Shown here one piece after another: positions 14,231 to 28,181 of a stretch of DNA of 64,000 nt. Origin of the DNA: Eledone cirrhosa (Eukaryota); contig OZ024750.1 of NCBI GenBank assembly GCA_964016885.1, forward strand, positions 6,014,001-6,078,000. Direction: 5' to 3'. Numbering within the stretch: position 1 is the first letter of the stretch; each line of letters starts with the position of its first letter. Both the position numbers and the translations under genes were made by a program. The notes under the pieces are model-generated. The model was not told where the DNA came from, did no database searches, and was given only the letters and a program-made list of their open reading frames with translations.

Positions 14231-15081
14231 CTCTCACTGGATTATGTTAATAATACGTCTGAAAGGAATATACGTATTTTCTCAATGTGCATATTCAATC
14301 TCACTATTAGATCTGTTTCAGTTGTTTAGTTGTGGTTTATAGAACAACATTTCACTGTTTACCTTTTAGAGTGCTCAATATAAATGTAATATTCTCTTGA
14401 CATCTATTCTGTGGAAGGTACAGCTATACAGGGCAGCTCATAAATCAAATTTTATTGCTATACACCTAGACTTTTATTACTGCATTACTAGACGCCATTT
14501 ATCAATGCAATGGATAGTTGTAGTTACATCAATAATGCAGGAGTTAATCATACACTTTATACTGTAGCAGACTTGTCGATTTTATCAGTGGGAAATCCTC
14601 ACCAACCAACACCTGCAATAGTTTCTCTTTTTTACGACATGGTTCGCTGCTATTTAGTATAAACTAACATTCATCTTTCTGCCACCTTTAGCAGCCTAAA
14701 TGCACTATCCCATTCATTGTGTATTGAGCAAGTAAAGTGATTTGAATATTCACTAAGAAAATGCATCGAGAACCAGAAATAACTATTCAGATTCTATGAC
14801 TGAAAATCATCTGCATCTACGTGATTTTATACAATTAATTTAACGGTGATTTTCATAATAAATAGCGAATAATGAAAACCACCAGTCTATTCATAATAAA
14901 AGATTCAGCGTTCCACTTGCTCGTTCTTCAATGTTAGAACATTAGGCTAGTTTAAATAATCGATCGATCGATCAGATTTTCAATGTATAATTTACCTGAG
15001 TTCAATTTTCCCTTATATTTAGAGTATAAATATTTATCCCCACAAGGATAATAAAATAACCAACAATACTAGGAATAGCTG

Positions 15082-15169
<88 letters not shown>

Positions 15170-15432
15170 AGGGAGAGAGAGAGTCCACAGAATGTATAGA
15201 TACTTTGATTATCTGTACAGGCAATATTTATTAGAAAGCATAGCATTTCTCAAATGATCTAGAGGAGTAATTCAATTGTATGTAAACACCAAAAGATCTT
15301 TATTAATTTATTTTAATGTATTGATATTTTGCTGTTGAAGTGTGCATACATATTTGGGGGACATCCTATATACAACTACAACACGGCTCCAATATTCTCA
15401 GTCAGCAGCTAGGAAACCACAAGCTTGTCCAA

Positions 15433-15757
15433 TACATACATTTCTGTCAATTAATGCGATGCTAAAGCTAGAATTCTATTTATTTTATTTAAATAACATC
15501 CTGTACGTAATTTCAGTTTAAGTGTTGAATCGAATTGCAGCATTCAATATTTATTACAGTAAAATTCTTTCCAAACTAAAGTATTTCATACATTTTAACA
15601 CCTCGCAAACCGATAATAAGTAATAAGATACCTAATAACTATTGGATATCGAACTGTCAAAACCTTCTGTTATTGTACAAAGGTCGGATAAGAGATTCAT
15701 GGGCTGTCCAAGATACTGTCATGGAATTATGAAATGAGGTTTATTTTCCAACATATT
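15433..15757 (-). repeat. Right arm of the 325-bp inverted duplication
   Basis: Reverse complement of 13906-14230. Confidence 0.92.
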
Positions 15758-16073
15758 GCTTAGAACGAATGAAATAGACGTATCTGGCTGGATGTCTTCG
15801 TCGCCCGGATTCACGTCGAGTATTCACATCACCAACTTTACACCGACTGTTTTCACCTCAGACCGACTCCTCTCGCTGCCAACCTCACACCAACAACCTC
15901 ATGGGTATCTCCACCAGTTTACATAGTTTATCTTCAGTAAAACGCACAAAGAAACCTGTGCATCATGCTTCAAATCAGTCACGTGATCCATTGTTCATTT
16001 TTTCCTCGCTTTCTTTTGTAGAACTGGGGCCCAGTGTTTCAAATTCGAATGATTCCATTACCACACCCTCTTT

Positions 16074-16215
<142 letters not shown>

Positions 16216-16253
16216 GAGAGAGAATCGGAGGATCGGAGATAACTCATATACTA

Positions 16254-16347
16254 AACATATCTGACGACCTTTCGATTACAGAGTCAGGTTCGATCTATAA
16301 TAGATCTTGCCTCGAGCTGATCTATAGAGAAATATATGTAATATGTT
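16254..16347 (+). ncRNA. Type I hammerhead ribozyme with long helix II
   Basis: AACATAT-CTGACGA-[61-nt stem-loop capped by GATCTA TAA TAGATC]-GAAA-TATATG-TA/ATATGTT; 7-bp helix I. Confidence 0.75.
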
Positions 16348-16453
16348 ATTAAATATGGTATGATGCAACGCTGAATCCTTGTTTCTTTGCTTCTTTGGAT
16401 TTTAGCCTTCAAATTTATTATTATTACTATATATATATATATATATATATATA

Positions 16454-16590
16454 ACGAAGGAAATGTGGTAAGGAACCAGGTGGACCATAACGCACCAAAG
16501 TACTCAATATTTAGGGTAGTAGAGTGGGTAATAGGAACCAGTAAGACCCCGACGGCTGAGCTAAAGCCGTTTCGACGGCTAATTCTGGAC
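16454..16590 (-). mobile_element. Family A copy
   Basis: Near-identical to 42775-42910; inside (TA)n. Confidence 0.85.
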
Positions 16591-19500
16591 TATATATATA
16601 TATACATTTGTATTCTAGGATATATATGGCGTCTTGTATTTTAAGACAATGCTACACATTTTTTTAAAGAACCTTCTATACATTATAGAATCTATCTACT
16701 GTTGAACGTTTTTCTTCTCAAAAAGGGAAACAATTCCGTGAATCCCGGCACTATCCAAAGTAGAGGACTAGAAGAATATATCCGACAATTTGACCGTCAT
16801 TGAAATTCCATCACTTTCCCATTCCAGGACTTACCATTGTTACTCTATTTATATTCTTGCTTCTATTAAAACAGTCATGGAAATTACACCTTTCAATTCA
16901 TTACCTCATAAAATATATAGCGTTTCTATAAAGGACTTAATATTTAGAGCCGGTGGATAATGTGGGCACAATAAAATGATGCTGCGTATCTAGTTTGGCT
17001 TTATATGTTGTATTCATTAAATACACCATATTCTTTAATTTCAATGTAGAGGTGAATGTGTATGATATAGTAATAACAACTTAACAATTCTGAACTTAAA
17101 TTCGTTGTTGCTGCTTGCTCGTGTTTTTAGCTAGAATATATTCTGCTTCAGTTTATTTATCTATCCGAAATAAATATTGGAGGGAAAATCAAATTTCGGA
17201 GGGAAATGTCAATGTCAATTTCTTATTGATGAATAATTCTGATCAAATAATATTGAGAAAACAAACGAAAGTCAGCATTATGTTACTTGGTAACTACGCA
17301 ATACTTAATTATTCATTATATACATCATATTTAAGGTATAAACTAGCATATGTACCTTCATAGCCAAATTCTAATCGCTTTCTGAATTCTAATCATCATG
17401 GCTTGGTCCATATTTTCAGCTCTCATCCAGTTAATCAGATGAGATTAAACCCGTACCTTCAACAGGATGCTGGAGTATTGTATACAATATTTCTGCAGGA
17501 GAAAAATTAACTTGACACTGTAATCCGACCGATCAATTTGAAGCCGTACGTATTTATTCACATCTAGGTCAATTAAAAATTAGATTCTCTGGTTACCGAT
17601 ACAACGCATGCGCTCAACTTTATTAACTTTAAACTAAACGTATTTCCATTTCAGACAGCCCTAAATGCACCAGTTTAAAGAATGTATTTATCAATGTTCT
17701 GAATTGTGTTGTTTGCTTTGTTCAGTTTATTTGTTCGCTTTTACGTGAGAGGATTCTTCCACTTACTGGCAATCGATTCATATTTAATTTTAAATTCCAC
17801 CATCAGATTATTCCCTGTGGTTCTAATCTTTGATAACTGGAATAATACGAGTTCCTTGTCATAATAAGAACAGAATATACAGCAAGAGAGACAAACGCAA
17901 TCGTGAGTAGATGACAGCTCATCAAGTCGGCCATTGTAAATCTTCTGCTTATTAAATTCAAATTTTATCTGCGTTCGAAATAAATGTCACTGTGATTAAT
18001 GTATCCATCTATGACAACGTATCTTTATATTATTCCTGGTAGATGGACTTGAGTATTTAGACGATGCTGTTGTAACATCACTACGAAATATTGCCTTACA
18101 CAATGTGTTGACAGTTGAATATTTGCCTTATAAATATTAGCTGAAGTTTTATCAGGAAACAGGAATTAATTCTATATTTAAATATATTGTTTTCATTTAC
18201 TTTTTATTCGTGGAAAAGCGACGAGTTGTGACTTTCGTGTTGTTTCAGAGATCATTAACAACATTCACGTACTCACACTTGTTAAACTTAGTTCATTGGA
18301 ATACTAACCGAGCAGTTTAAATATCTTGAATGCTTACTATAATAGACATTTTTAAAGGGTTTTCTGGAGTATTTTAAAGACTATTTTCTTTTGTAACTGG
18401 CTGGAAATATATTATTTCATGTGGAATGGTAATTTTTTGCTAGTTGACTGAAACGTTTCCTGAGGAGAAAAGACGTTTCTATGTGATTGTCGACCTACTA
18501 GAATTAGCAGCCAATTTCAAACAACTGCCTAACAGCTTTAAAAAGAAGGGTAAATTGCTTAATATAGTCTGGATAAAACACGGTGAGGTCAGAGTCATAC
18601 GTTTGTTCGCTCTGTGTTGATCTGAGCTTGAACTACGACCACAAACCTAGCTTCATATCTTGATGTGAATTTGAAATTCGTCAGTTACAGAAAAACGATT
18701 ACAGCAATGGCCGGCACAATACAGCTTGACACGTTGAAATAAAAATGTCTGAAATCGAAATTCTACTCCCTTTTATTTTTATTTGGACAGGTGTTAAAAA
18801 CCTTTAATAATTTGAATTGGCGTGTTTTGATCAGTCGCTTCATCCAAGACAACATAACTATAAAAACATTCCTATATGTGAAGTTGTTAAACACTGATAA
18901 GTTGATTCCGTTTCAAGTCGAAAATCTATCAGAAAACCACTCAGCCACATGATAAATAAATAAGCTGAAGACGATAAGAAGTAAAATTTTCAGTAGTTTG
19001 AGATAAACGTGAATAATATATGGAGCAGACATATTCGATGTTTAGACAGTGAGAAATACGAAACGTCAAGTGTATCCTATTGAAGGACAAATGACTTTAA
19101 GTAGATTAATTCAACTTCGTTGCTACACATTGTTATTGTTAGTTTCTGAATTGAAGAAAAGAAGAATATTGGACAAGCTATAAATTAATGGAATAAACAG
19201 CAAAAAGAAGTCAAAGAAAGAAAACAGAGACAGAAAGGAAACACGAAAAAAAAAAAGAAACGTCGATAAAATCTATGTTCCAAGGTAAACTGATAAAATG
19301 GTATTATTATCAACATTATTTGCATATATGTCTATATATGTAGATATTTACATTTATTTCTCACACTATATCTATCATGTTCCATGCCAGGGTGGCCATA
19401 TTTATATAAGCGGTAGGTAACATGCTGATAAACCTCGTGTATTTCGATATTTGAAAATATGTTTAACACAGGAAGATACAATATAGAAACTAAATTCAGA

Positions 19501-21598
19501 TATACGACATAAGTGTTGCATATTGTACAGCTTTTAATCTTTTTCTTTTCAATGTAGGACCTGGCCATACTGTCCTAAATTTCCGATGTAAATGTGAAAG
19601 ATTTGGTTTCATTGGTTTAATATTATTTTCAAACTAATAAAAGTAAACGTTACAGGTTCAGATCACTGTCATAACGAGTCCATACCATTTCAAAACCAGT
19701 GACATATTCTTCTATATATCATGCTAAAGGTCCATCTCACGTCAGATATGGTATAATTGCTATTTTAAGGATGGATCGAACACTCTAGCACTTTAGCAAG
19801 AAGCTAAAATTTGTGTTTATGTATTGTCAAAAGAACTACTGAATTGAAATCGCTATTTTTTCAGGATTGTTAAATGTAAATTTGTTTTCTATATTTCAAC
19901 ATTATTATCAGTGTATTCAAGTATGATAAACATATTTGTCACCATTATTGATGACACGGGTTGACTAGCAGTATATCTTGAGTGAGGGTTAAAATACCTT
20001 AAATTACTTAGTTACTGCCTTGCATATTACGAGTTCAAAACAAGTCGAGCTCAAAATTGTCTTACGTCCTTCTAGGACTAATAGAATAAAGTACCAGTTA
20101 TGTATTGAGGTTGATGTCTTAGAATCAATACTAGATATAATTGTAATTATAGTAGCAAGCTAAGTATACCAAGTGTATGATATAAACTATAATACGATGA
20201 TTCACAAAACATTAGTATATCATAATTGACATACCAACAGGATTATATGAGACCACAAAGATTTCTGCACACATGCAATAAACTTTTCAACAAAGGAGGA
20301 CAGGGGCAGCCCGATGAAAAAGCTATTTCACAGTCTACTCGCATATATATTAAATGTTGATACAAAATAGTGTTAAGGTATTTTACTATAAACATTATTT
20401 CATTGGGGGAAAGCTTTAAGAAAAGAACGTTAAGCGACTTGCCCTGAAAACAACAAAACTGAATATTATTTTAACTGAATATTATTTTCTTCCCATGAAT
20501 ACTTTCAAGGATGTGCAACCAAAAGAATATATCTTAATTGTTTCTTGACATTGTTAGATCTTCGCTGAAGAACCACCAACTGCGATTTACTTGTAAGTCA
20601 TGTTCTTTTTTCTCTTGTAAATTTCTAGTAACATCTGTGAGAGTCATTCAAACCTCGTAACGTGTGTCCTAACTGTTTCAGGATATTATTAACTGTGGAT
20701 GTTATTTACACTACTGAGCTGCGGGTATCGCTAGTTAAATTGTATTGCTTTAAACATAAAAAAAACGATAGCAAGAATCTGAAACGTATTTCACACGTAT
20801 ATGATTTTATGTGACGCTCTTTTTATTTTTTTCTTGCAGAATAACGTTTTTACATTGTTTTATTTCAACTGGGAACATATGGTTAAATGGTTTTAGTGAC
20901 ACGATTTGATATTCTTTGAAAATTCCTTAGATGCAATGAGTGTGATTTATTTGGAATAAATTTGTTAAATCATGTTTGTATTTAGATTCTAAGAATTTAT
21001 TTTTGATTTTATTAGAATGTTTAATTAAAACATTTGTATTTCTAATCATAACATGCGTAAAAAAAAGCTAATGTAGAAAAGGCGAAATTGATATTGAACA
21101 TGTATTGGCAGAAACAGGTGACATTAGGAATACTTGTATTGTGTGTTAAAGGATTGATTCATAATCTAAAATTAATCTAAACCCCCTCGGGGAGCATAGG
21201 TTTAGTAATTGGAATAGATGTTTCTATATGAGATAGGATTTGGGTATAAATAGGAAAACACTACTTGGTTATTATCAAGGCTAGATATGAACACAATTAA
21301 ATTCACGATAGCAGAGGAGAAACTCTATTGTAGATTCACTATTTTTGGTCGCAAATGAATGTAGATTTTAAATACCGAACGACGCGCCATTTATTCCTAT
21401 CATATCATAAAAGAAAGACTGTTCACTACGTAGTTTTAGGAACGAGGCGTTGACGTCAGTTTAGCCGGGGATCAAGTCATACGACAGAAATTCAGACAAA
21501 ATTTTATTTTGTCTGAATTAAGGGGTACCGGCATAAATAATCCTAACAACTGAAGAACAGAGATGGTTTTTCAGAGAACAAAACTCAGTGCAGTATAT

Positions 21599-21772
21599 AT
21601 GTGGGAGCCCCTGCAAGGGCACACTAGAAGAGGAAGACCGAGGTTGACATATGTTGATGCCCTAAGGAGAGACACTGGTCTCTTGGAGACGCAGGACATG
21701 GCAGCGATGATGAGGGACTGAGACCACTGGAGAGAACTCGTCCATGGATCTGGGGAATTTTACTCGCCCTAG
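21599..21772 (+). pseudogene. 3' end of an RTE-clade LINE ORF
   Basis: Translates MWEPLQGHTRRGRPRLTYVDALRRDTG...MRD*DHWRELV, the RTE C-terminal WEP..G.R.RGRP...DR..WR signature; internal stop; short-repeat tail. Confidence 0.8.
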
Positions 21773-21803
21773 ATATATAGATATATACACACACATATAT
21801 ATA

Positions 21804-21853
21804 TCCCGCCCGCCCCCTTAATCTATTTTAATTCTCATTCTTTCTTCTGAAGA
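21804..21853 (+). mobile_element. Family E fragment ending at the hammerhead core CTGAAGA
   Basis: Matches 62110-62158. Confidence 0.55.
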
Positions 21854-21997
21854 TATGATGTACTGTATGATTTAGACAAAGATTGTCGATTATTCGAAAT
21901 TTCCTACCTAAGATAGGAAAGACAAATTAATTTGTGGCAATTCTTAGTGGTATCCCCCCCCCCCATAGTGGGCCATAATACTCAGAAAATTAATAGC

Positions 21998-22045
<48 letters not shown>

Positions 22046-22113
22046 GCTATCTATTAATCTATACACACACACACACTATATATATATATATATATATAGT
22101 TTTAATATAGATG

Positions 22114-22164
22114 AGATTCTACAGGACTAGAACTGTTTCATTCATTAGAAATCATCAGGAATCT
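22114..22164 (-). ncRNA. Type I hammerhead ribozyme (mirror copy)
   Basis: Exact reverse complement of 22375-22425. Confidence 0.85.
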
Positions 22165-22374
22165 GGGTATCAAAAAATAAATATGGTATTTATAGGTCTC
22201 TACAAGTGGTAGGAGAGGGTGGGGAGTGGGATGGGTGCAGGTCATTGGTTGTTCATTTTCTAGTTCATTTTCTAGTTCATTTTCTATCAACCAATGACCT
22301 GCACCCATCCCACTCCCCACCCTCTCCTACCACTTGTAGAGACCTATAAATACCATATTTATTTTTTGATACCC

Positions 22375-22425
22375 AGATTCCTGATGATTTCTAATGAATG
22401 AAACAGTTCTAGTCCTGTAGAATCT
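22375..22425 (+). ncRNA. Type I hammerhead ribozyme
   Basis: AGATTC-CTGATGA-T TTC TAAT GAA T-GAAA-CAG TTCTAGTC CTG-TA/GAATCT; predicted GUA cleavage after 22419. Confidence 0.87.
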
Positions 22426-22508
22426 CATCTATATTAAAACTGTTATACTCTGCTATGTATTGAGTACCTTACTTACTGTGGTTACCTCCGATTCAACCCG
22501 GAATAACG

Positions 22509-22561
<53 letters not shown>

Positions 22562-23455
22562 TATAATCATATATATATAAATTTATGGGGGAGATATGGG
22601 TGAATATGTGTTTGTGTGCGGTGTAAGTATGCATGTATTTATATTAGTATTAAATCTAGCAATAGCTTTGTTTTTATCGAAGCAGAAAATAAGTCCAAAA
22701 ATCAAAATCAAAATTTAAAAAACACCCAACAAACCCCAGAAGGAATTCAGGTTAATATTCTGGTATATTTTTTCTCATCTGTCGAGCAAAAGCGCATTGG
22801 AATGCATTGATGCCAATATAGGCATGATGAGGATTAGTTAACCGTCAAATGAAACACACGTGCTTGTTGCGTCTCTCATTGAATTTGGCAACGGTATGAG
22901 ATCTGGTTAAATGAAGACGAGGTTGGTTAGGAGTTAGGCTGATTGTCGGCTTTGATTTAAATCTGTTCACAGTATTCAGCATTCTGCTAATAAAAAACGA
23001 CAATTTAATATGGAATAGATTTAATTCAATATTGCCGTTACTGTATTGTGAGCTTAAGTAGAAATAAAATTATTTTTCATCGTCTCTCGAATTTAATTTA
23101 TTCAATATGCAAAACACGCAGACCGTTTTTGTAGTTCGCAATAATCTAGGCGAACTATAAACTACAGAGCTATCACTATTGAAAGCAACCTCAAATACAT
23201 GGTTTTTCTTGTTTGTGTTTTTCAGATAGAAACAAGCACACACATCCATAGAAAGAGGCATAGAAAAAAAAAAAAATTCGGATATGTACTCATATTTGAA
23301 TTTAAGTTAACATATAAACACTGAACATATAAACACTGAAACACACGCACGCACATAATTCACACACACACACACACACACATACATACGCATACACACA
23401 CCCATATGTATATATATGTGTATATATATATATATATATATAAATTAAAGTATAG

Positions 23456-23530
<75 letters not shown>

Positions 23531-23585
23531 CGTGTGTGTGTGAGTGTGTGTATATATATATTTATATATGTGTGTGTATTATATA

Positions 23586-23775
<190 letters not shown>

Positions 23776-23815
23776 TTATCTGTGTGTGAGAGTGTAAATA
23801 TACGTACACACACGC

Positions 23816-23846
<31 letters not shown>

Positions 23847-23981
23847 CATACATTTCTATGCATGTTTGTGTGTGTTGGCCTTTGTATTATATTTTAAAAT
23901 GATCCCAAAATTCGATTAAAATTTAGAAACTGTAACTTTTATTCATGAGGGGCCTTACACTACATACAATGCATTTTTTCA

Positions 23982-24032
<51 letters not shown>

Positions 24033-25650
24033 TGTATGTATGTGTGTTTGTTTGTGTATGTGTGTACATAATTATAATGTATGTGAGTATGTATGTGTTT
24101 GCCGTGTATGCATGTTTTTTATGCTGATACAGATGTATGTATACAGGCTAACACATTTATTCGTATCTGCATGTATCTACGAGTAAATATGTATGAACTT
24201 ACACTTTGATACATATACATCATCTCTGTATCTCCAATTATTTACAGCCAGATATTTGCATTCTACGCATATATTAGCGAGAAGAAACATGGGCTAGAAT
24301 ACTAATCATTTTATGTACATAGAAAGGTAAGCATTCAATCTTGTATCTATTTGAATAGTCAGCTAAGAAAATTAGAAATCAATTTAATACAGTCACGGGG
24401 TCATGCTGTGTAGCGTAGATTAGAAGTTACACGTCTAGTGAGCAGAGTCCGCAATCAGATTCCTTTGCATATAGAGCTGCAGATATGTATGTAATTCTGA
24501 AGAATAATGCTTGCGTTACATATTTAGCACGTGGTTTGGGATTTGAAGTAATAGTGTTGACTGTGGCGCGAAAAGGGTGTGATCCTATCTATTTATTTTA
24601 CGGAGGTATAATTCCGGTTATTTTAACAAACTGATAATGTTATTGTATAATATCTTGAGAGGATACAGAGAAAGTGTAAATGACTAAGGAGAAGCTATAA
24701 CATGTAACCTTACTGCGTGAAGATTTCTTTATAAGTTAAAATACTTACTCTTTATACCAGCCGATGATATTTATGTGAGGAAGCGTGTGTAATGGTCGTA
24801 TGATAGTTTGGAATATTTTGCTCTTTTGTGTGGGTGTTGTTGGGAGGAAAGAATATATTTCTATGTATTGTTGACTATGCTGTGTTATGTTTATAAAATT
24901 ATATAAGTTCGTGTGCCATGACAATTTTTCTGACAACGACACTTGTACGAAACGTCATTAGTGTTTATATGGTATAGAAATTACTTCAAATTTATTAAAT
25001 TCACGAAATAACTTTGTCATCACTGTTTCCCTCGGTTATTTTTAGCATTTTATGTTAAGTAACTTTACCTTCCACAAAAAGCTATAAAAATGTGTTAGAT
25101 GGGTTGCTTCTGTTCCTGCAAGTTTCATGAATATAAGAATGCCTTCGTCATTGGTTTGTTTACACAGCACTTTCTGCAGCCGGGGTTTGAAACTATTTAA
25201 TATAAATAAAGTATCCATAATTTATCTTGTAAAAGACTCCATCCACTACAATGGAAAGTGATGAGTGCTATTACATGTTATTCCACTCATTTATAAAACC
25301 CATTATTTCTTATAAAAGTTTAAAGTTTTCTTACATTTTCCATCTTGAATCTGTTTCACATTTATTTTCAATTGCACGTCTTACACATGACTGGAGAAAG
25401 AAGATGCCATTTTCTGAGTTATGTAACAACAGAGTGCTTGAGAAATAATAAACTTAGAATCATTTTATAAGAAGCATTGACAATTATTTGATAATTACCA
25501 TTCTTGTTTCATTTATCTACAGGTTTTACACTGATACAATGATATTTTTCACTTGCGGTAAACGGAGAGTACCACACTAGATTCACGTGTTCGAGACCTG
25601 GATTCGACGCATGCGTCATACCAATTTCCATTTCATTGATGTCACTAATA

Positions 25651-25830
25651 TTGTTTTCTACTTTTGGCAATTATCCCAGAGTATTACTGATACTTTATTT
25701 TATCGACCCCCGTAAGGATAAAAGGCAAAGTTAACCTCGGCTGGATTTGAACTCAGATCATAAAAGGCCGAAACTCTATGCTACAAAGTATGGCGTCCGA
25801 CCCTCTACCGATACTGCCAATCCACCGCCC
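25651..25830 (-). mobile_element. SINE family 1 copy with probable TSD TGTCACTAATATTG
   Basis: SINE core on minus strand, flanked by a 14-bp direct repeat (a third copy follows). Confidence 0.88.
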
Positions 25831-26897
25831 TGTCACTAATATTGATGTCACTAATATTGTAGGGAAGGAAGGGCTCATACGACTCACCCCTGCCTCATTG
25901 TTATCTCTCATAAATTTGGGACCTTGTGTTAAATGGTAAATGTTATCTTAAGATCTAACTACAAACTATAAGGTAACAATAGCTATACACCAACAGGCAG
26001 GTGCGTCCTCCTATTTATTGATCGTTGAAATATTCAAATAGCAAACGTCTCTGTTAATTTAAAGTTTTGTACCCGCTACCCAGATTAAAAAGGGTGTCTA
26101 AGGCTGCTAATATATCACATATTTATGGAGAATTCTCACTTCAATTTTTATTTCATCTTTTCAGTGCTATTTCTTACTGAAAGTAATCATAATTTTATTG
26201 AGCGAAGAAGAAAAAGAAAGCCGTTCCCAGACCCCATGGCGATGACAATATGAATATCTTGATATTCGCTGTGTTAATGTTTAAGCCAAATAGATTTCTG
26301 AGTACTATACAGCCTTATATTTATGTCTCCTTGTCTTCGAATGGTAGGGAGACATGGTAATTATCCTATCTTCTTCACTTAAAAAGCAGCTGTTTTCAAA
26401 TGTTAGCCGTTCTTGTGTCACGTGGTTTGTATTCAATGGTTCTGACAGCTGGCCATTTAAGCAAGTATCATATCTGTGTTTCATGTTTTTTCTTCTTTTA
26501 TGTATTTCAGTGATAGGCATCTAAGGAGAAAGCGCAACAACCACCCCCTACGTAGGAAAAAAAAAAACAAAACAAAAAGGAAAAGCTGTAGGAAAAATAT
26601 AAAATCATTCTAACGACGTGATGTTTAACTTCTGTTAACATAACCCCTCGTTTTCTCTTTGATTTGGTCCCATATCTACAAACAGACACCTAATAACTAC
26701 CACAATTTCACTATTTTAATAGGTTTAACAAATTCATAGTTGAAGCTTATTTACTTTTTCTATAAATTTAAATGTGTTTGTATATAAAAACGGTGTCTCA
26801 AATATATAAATAAAACCACACGTATGGAATCTCCTAAGCACGCACACACATACATTCGTTTAGTTGTAGTCGTTCCAACGCGTATGACTATAAAAAT

Positions 26898-27002
26898 AAT
26901 TGTTTCTACTTTAGGCACAAGGCCAGCAAATACCCAGTGCATTACTGGTACTTTATTTTATCGACCCCGGAAGGATGAAAGGCAAAGTTAACCTCGGGGC
27001 GA
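26898..27002 (-). mobile_element. SINE family 1, partial
   Basis: Core plus 3' end on minus strand. Confidence 0.85.
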
Positions 27003-27112
27003 TTTATAATAGTAGCTCGCAACAAATGTTAGCGAAAATTGCAAGTAAAATAAGTTTGGAGACGCGGAAAACTGAACAGAGGTACCTGGAATTAATTGGA
27101 TCCATTATTTCC

Positions 27113-27212
27113 TCTGAGTTCAAATCCCGCCGACGTTAACTTTGCCTTTCATCCTTACGGGGTCGATAAAATAAAGTACCAGTAATGTACTGGTTAATTT
27201 CTGGCCTTGTGC
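27113..27212 (+). mobile_element. SINE family 1, partial
   Basis: B box plus core. Confidence 0.85.
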
Positions 27213-27434
27213 TGACCGAGTGCCTTCATCCTGTGGGGTAGCTGTGACATGATCCCAGCTTCAGTCAGCCATAAAATGACATATGTATGTTTAATATACA
27301 TAAACATATTTTATATTCTTTCATATACGACTCTGTGATGTATCACACTAATGGTATTGGTAACATATATATATATATATGTGTGTGTTGTGTGTGTTGT
27401 GTGTGTGGGTGTGCATGTGTGTGTGTATGAGTGC

Positions 27435-27465
<31 letters not shown>

Positions 27466-27468
27466 CAT

Positions 27469-27555
<87 letters not shown>

Positions 27556-27858
27556 TATATGGTTGTGTGAATACGTGATTGTTGGCAAAAGTTGATATTT
27601 AACCAGATAGATGGGTAGCTTATTGTGGAAGCCTTAAATAAGTAAATTAAATGCTAATTTCGGAAACAAATACTTTTTTCCTGTTTTACATCCCAGTATT
27701 ATTCTTTTAAAAATTTCTATTTCAGAAAACACTCCGAGGTCGTATTACATTTATATATGAAATATTAACATATCTAAGAAAAGAAACACACCATTCTATA
27801 GAAAAATTTCCACTAAAACGGCATTTTAAAATTAATCTCAGAGGTATATCAAATATAG

Positions 27859-27908
<50 letters not shown>

Positions 27909-28132
27909 ATATTAAAATCATAATGGTTACCATTGTATATGCTATTATTATTATTACTATTATTATTGATATTATTATTATTATTATTGGGGAATTTTTC
28001 ATTGTTATTTTTTTTGTTACATCCTCTGTTTTTGTTTTTTACACGCAGAAATGCCTATTTGTACCGTCCTGTATTGTCCTGTACTGTCCTTGATGTCTAC
28101 TTTATGTAAACCCTTGAGGTTAATAAAGAAAG

Positions 28133-28181
<49 letters not shown>

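Larger units (their letters stand above)
22098..22508 (+). mobile_element. Penelope-like pLTR fold-back: 154-bp perfect inverted arms, 36-nt spacer, 67-nt tail
   Basis: Arms 22098-22251 and 22288-22441; CCAAT and TATAAA upstream of a hammerhead; (TA)n on both sides. Confidence 0.88.

Noticed and set aside
21847-21925. CTGAAGA...GAAA-TTTCCTA..TAGGAAA
   Set aside because: No UH and no helix I partner; the core belongs to a truncated family E fragment
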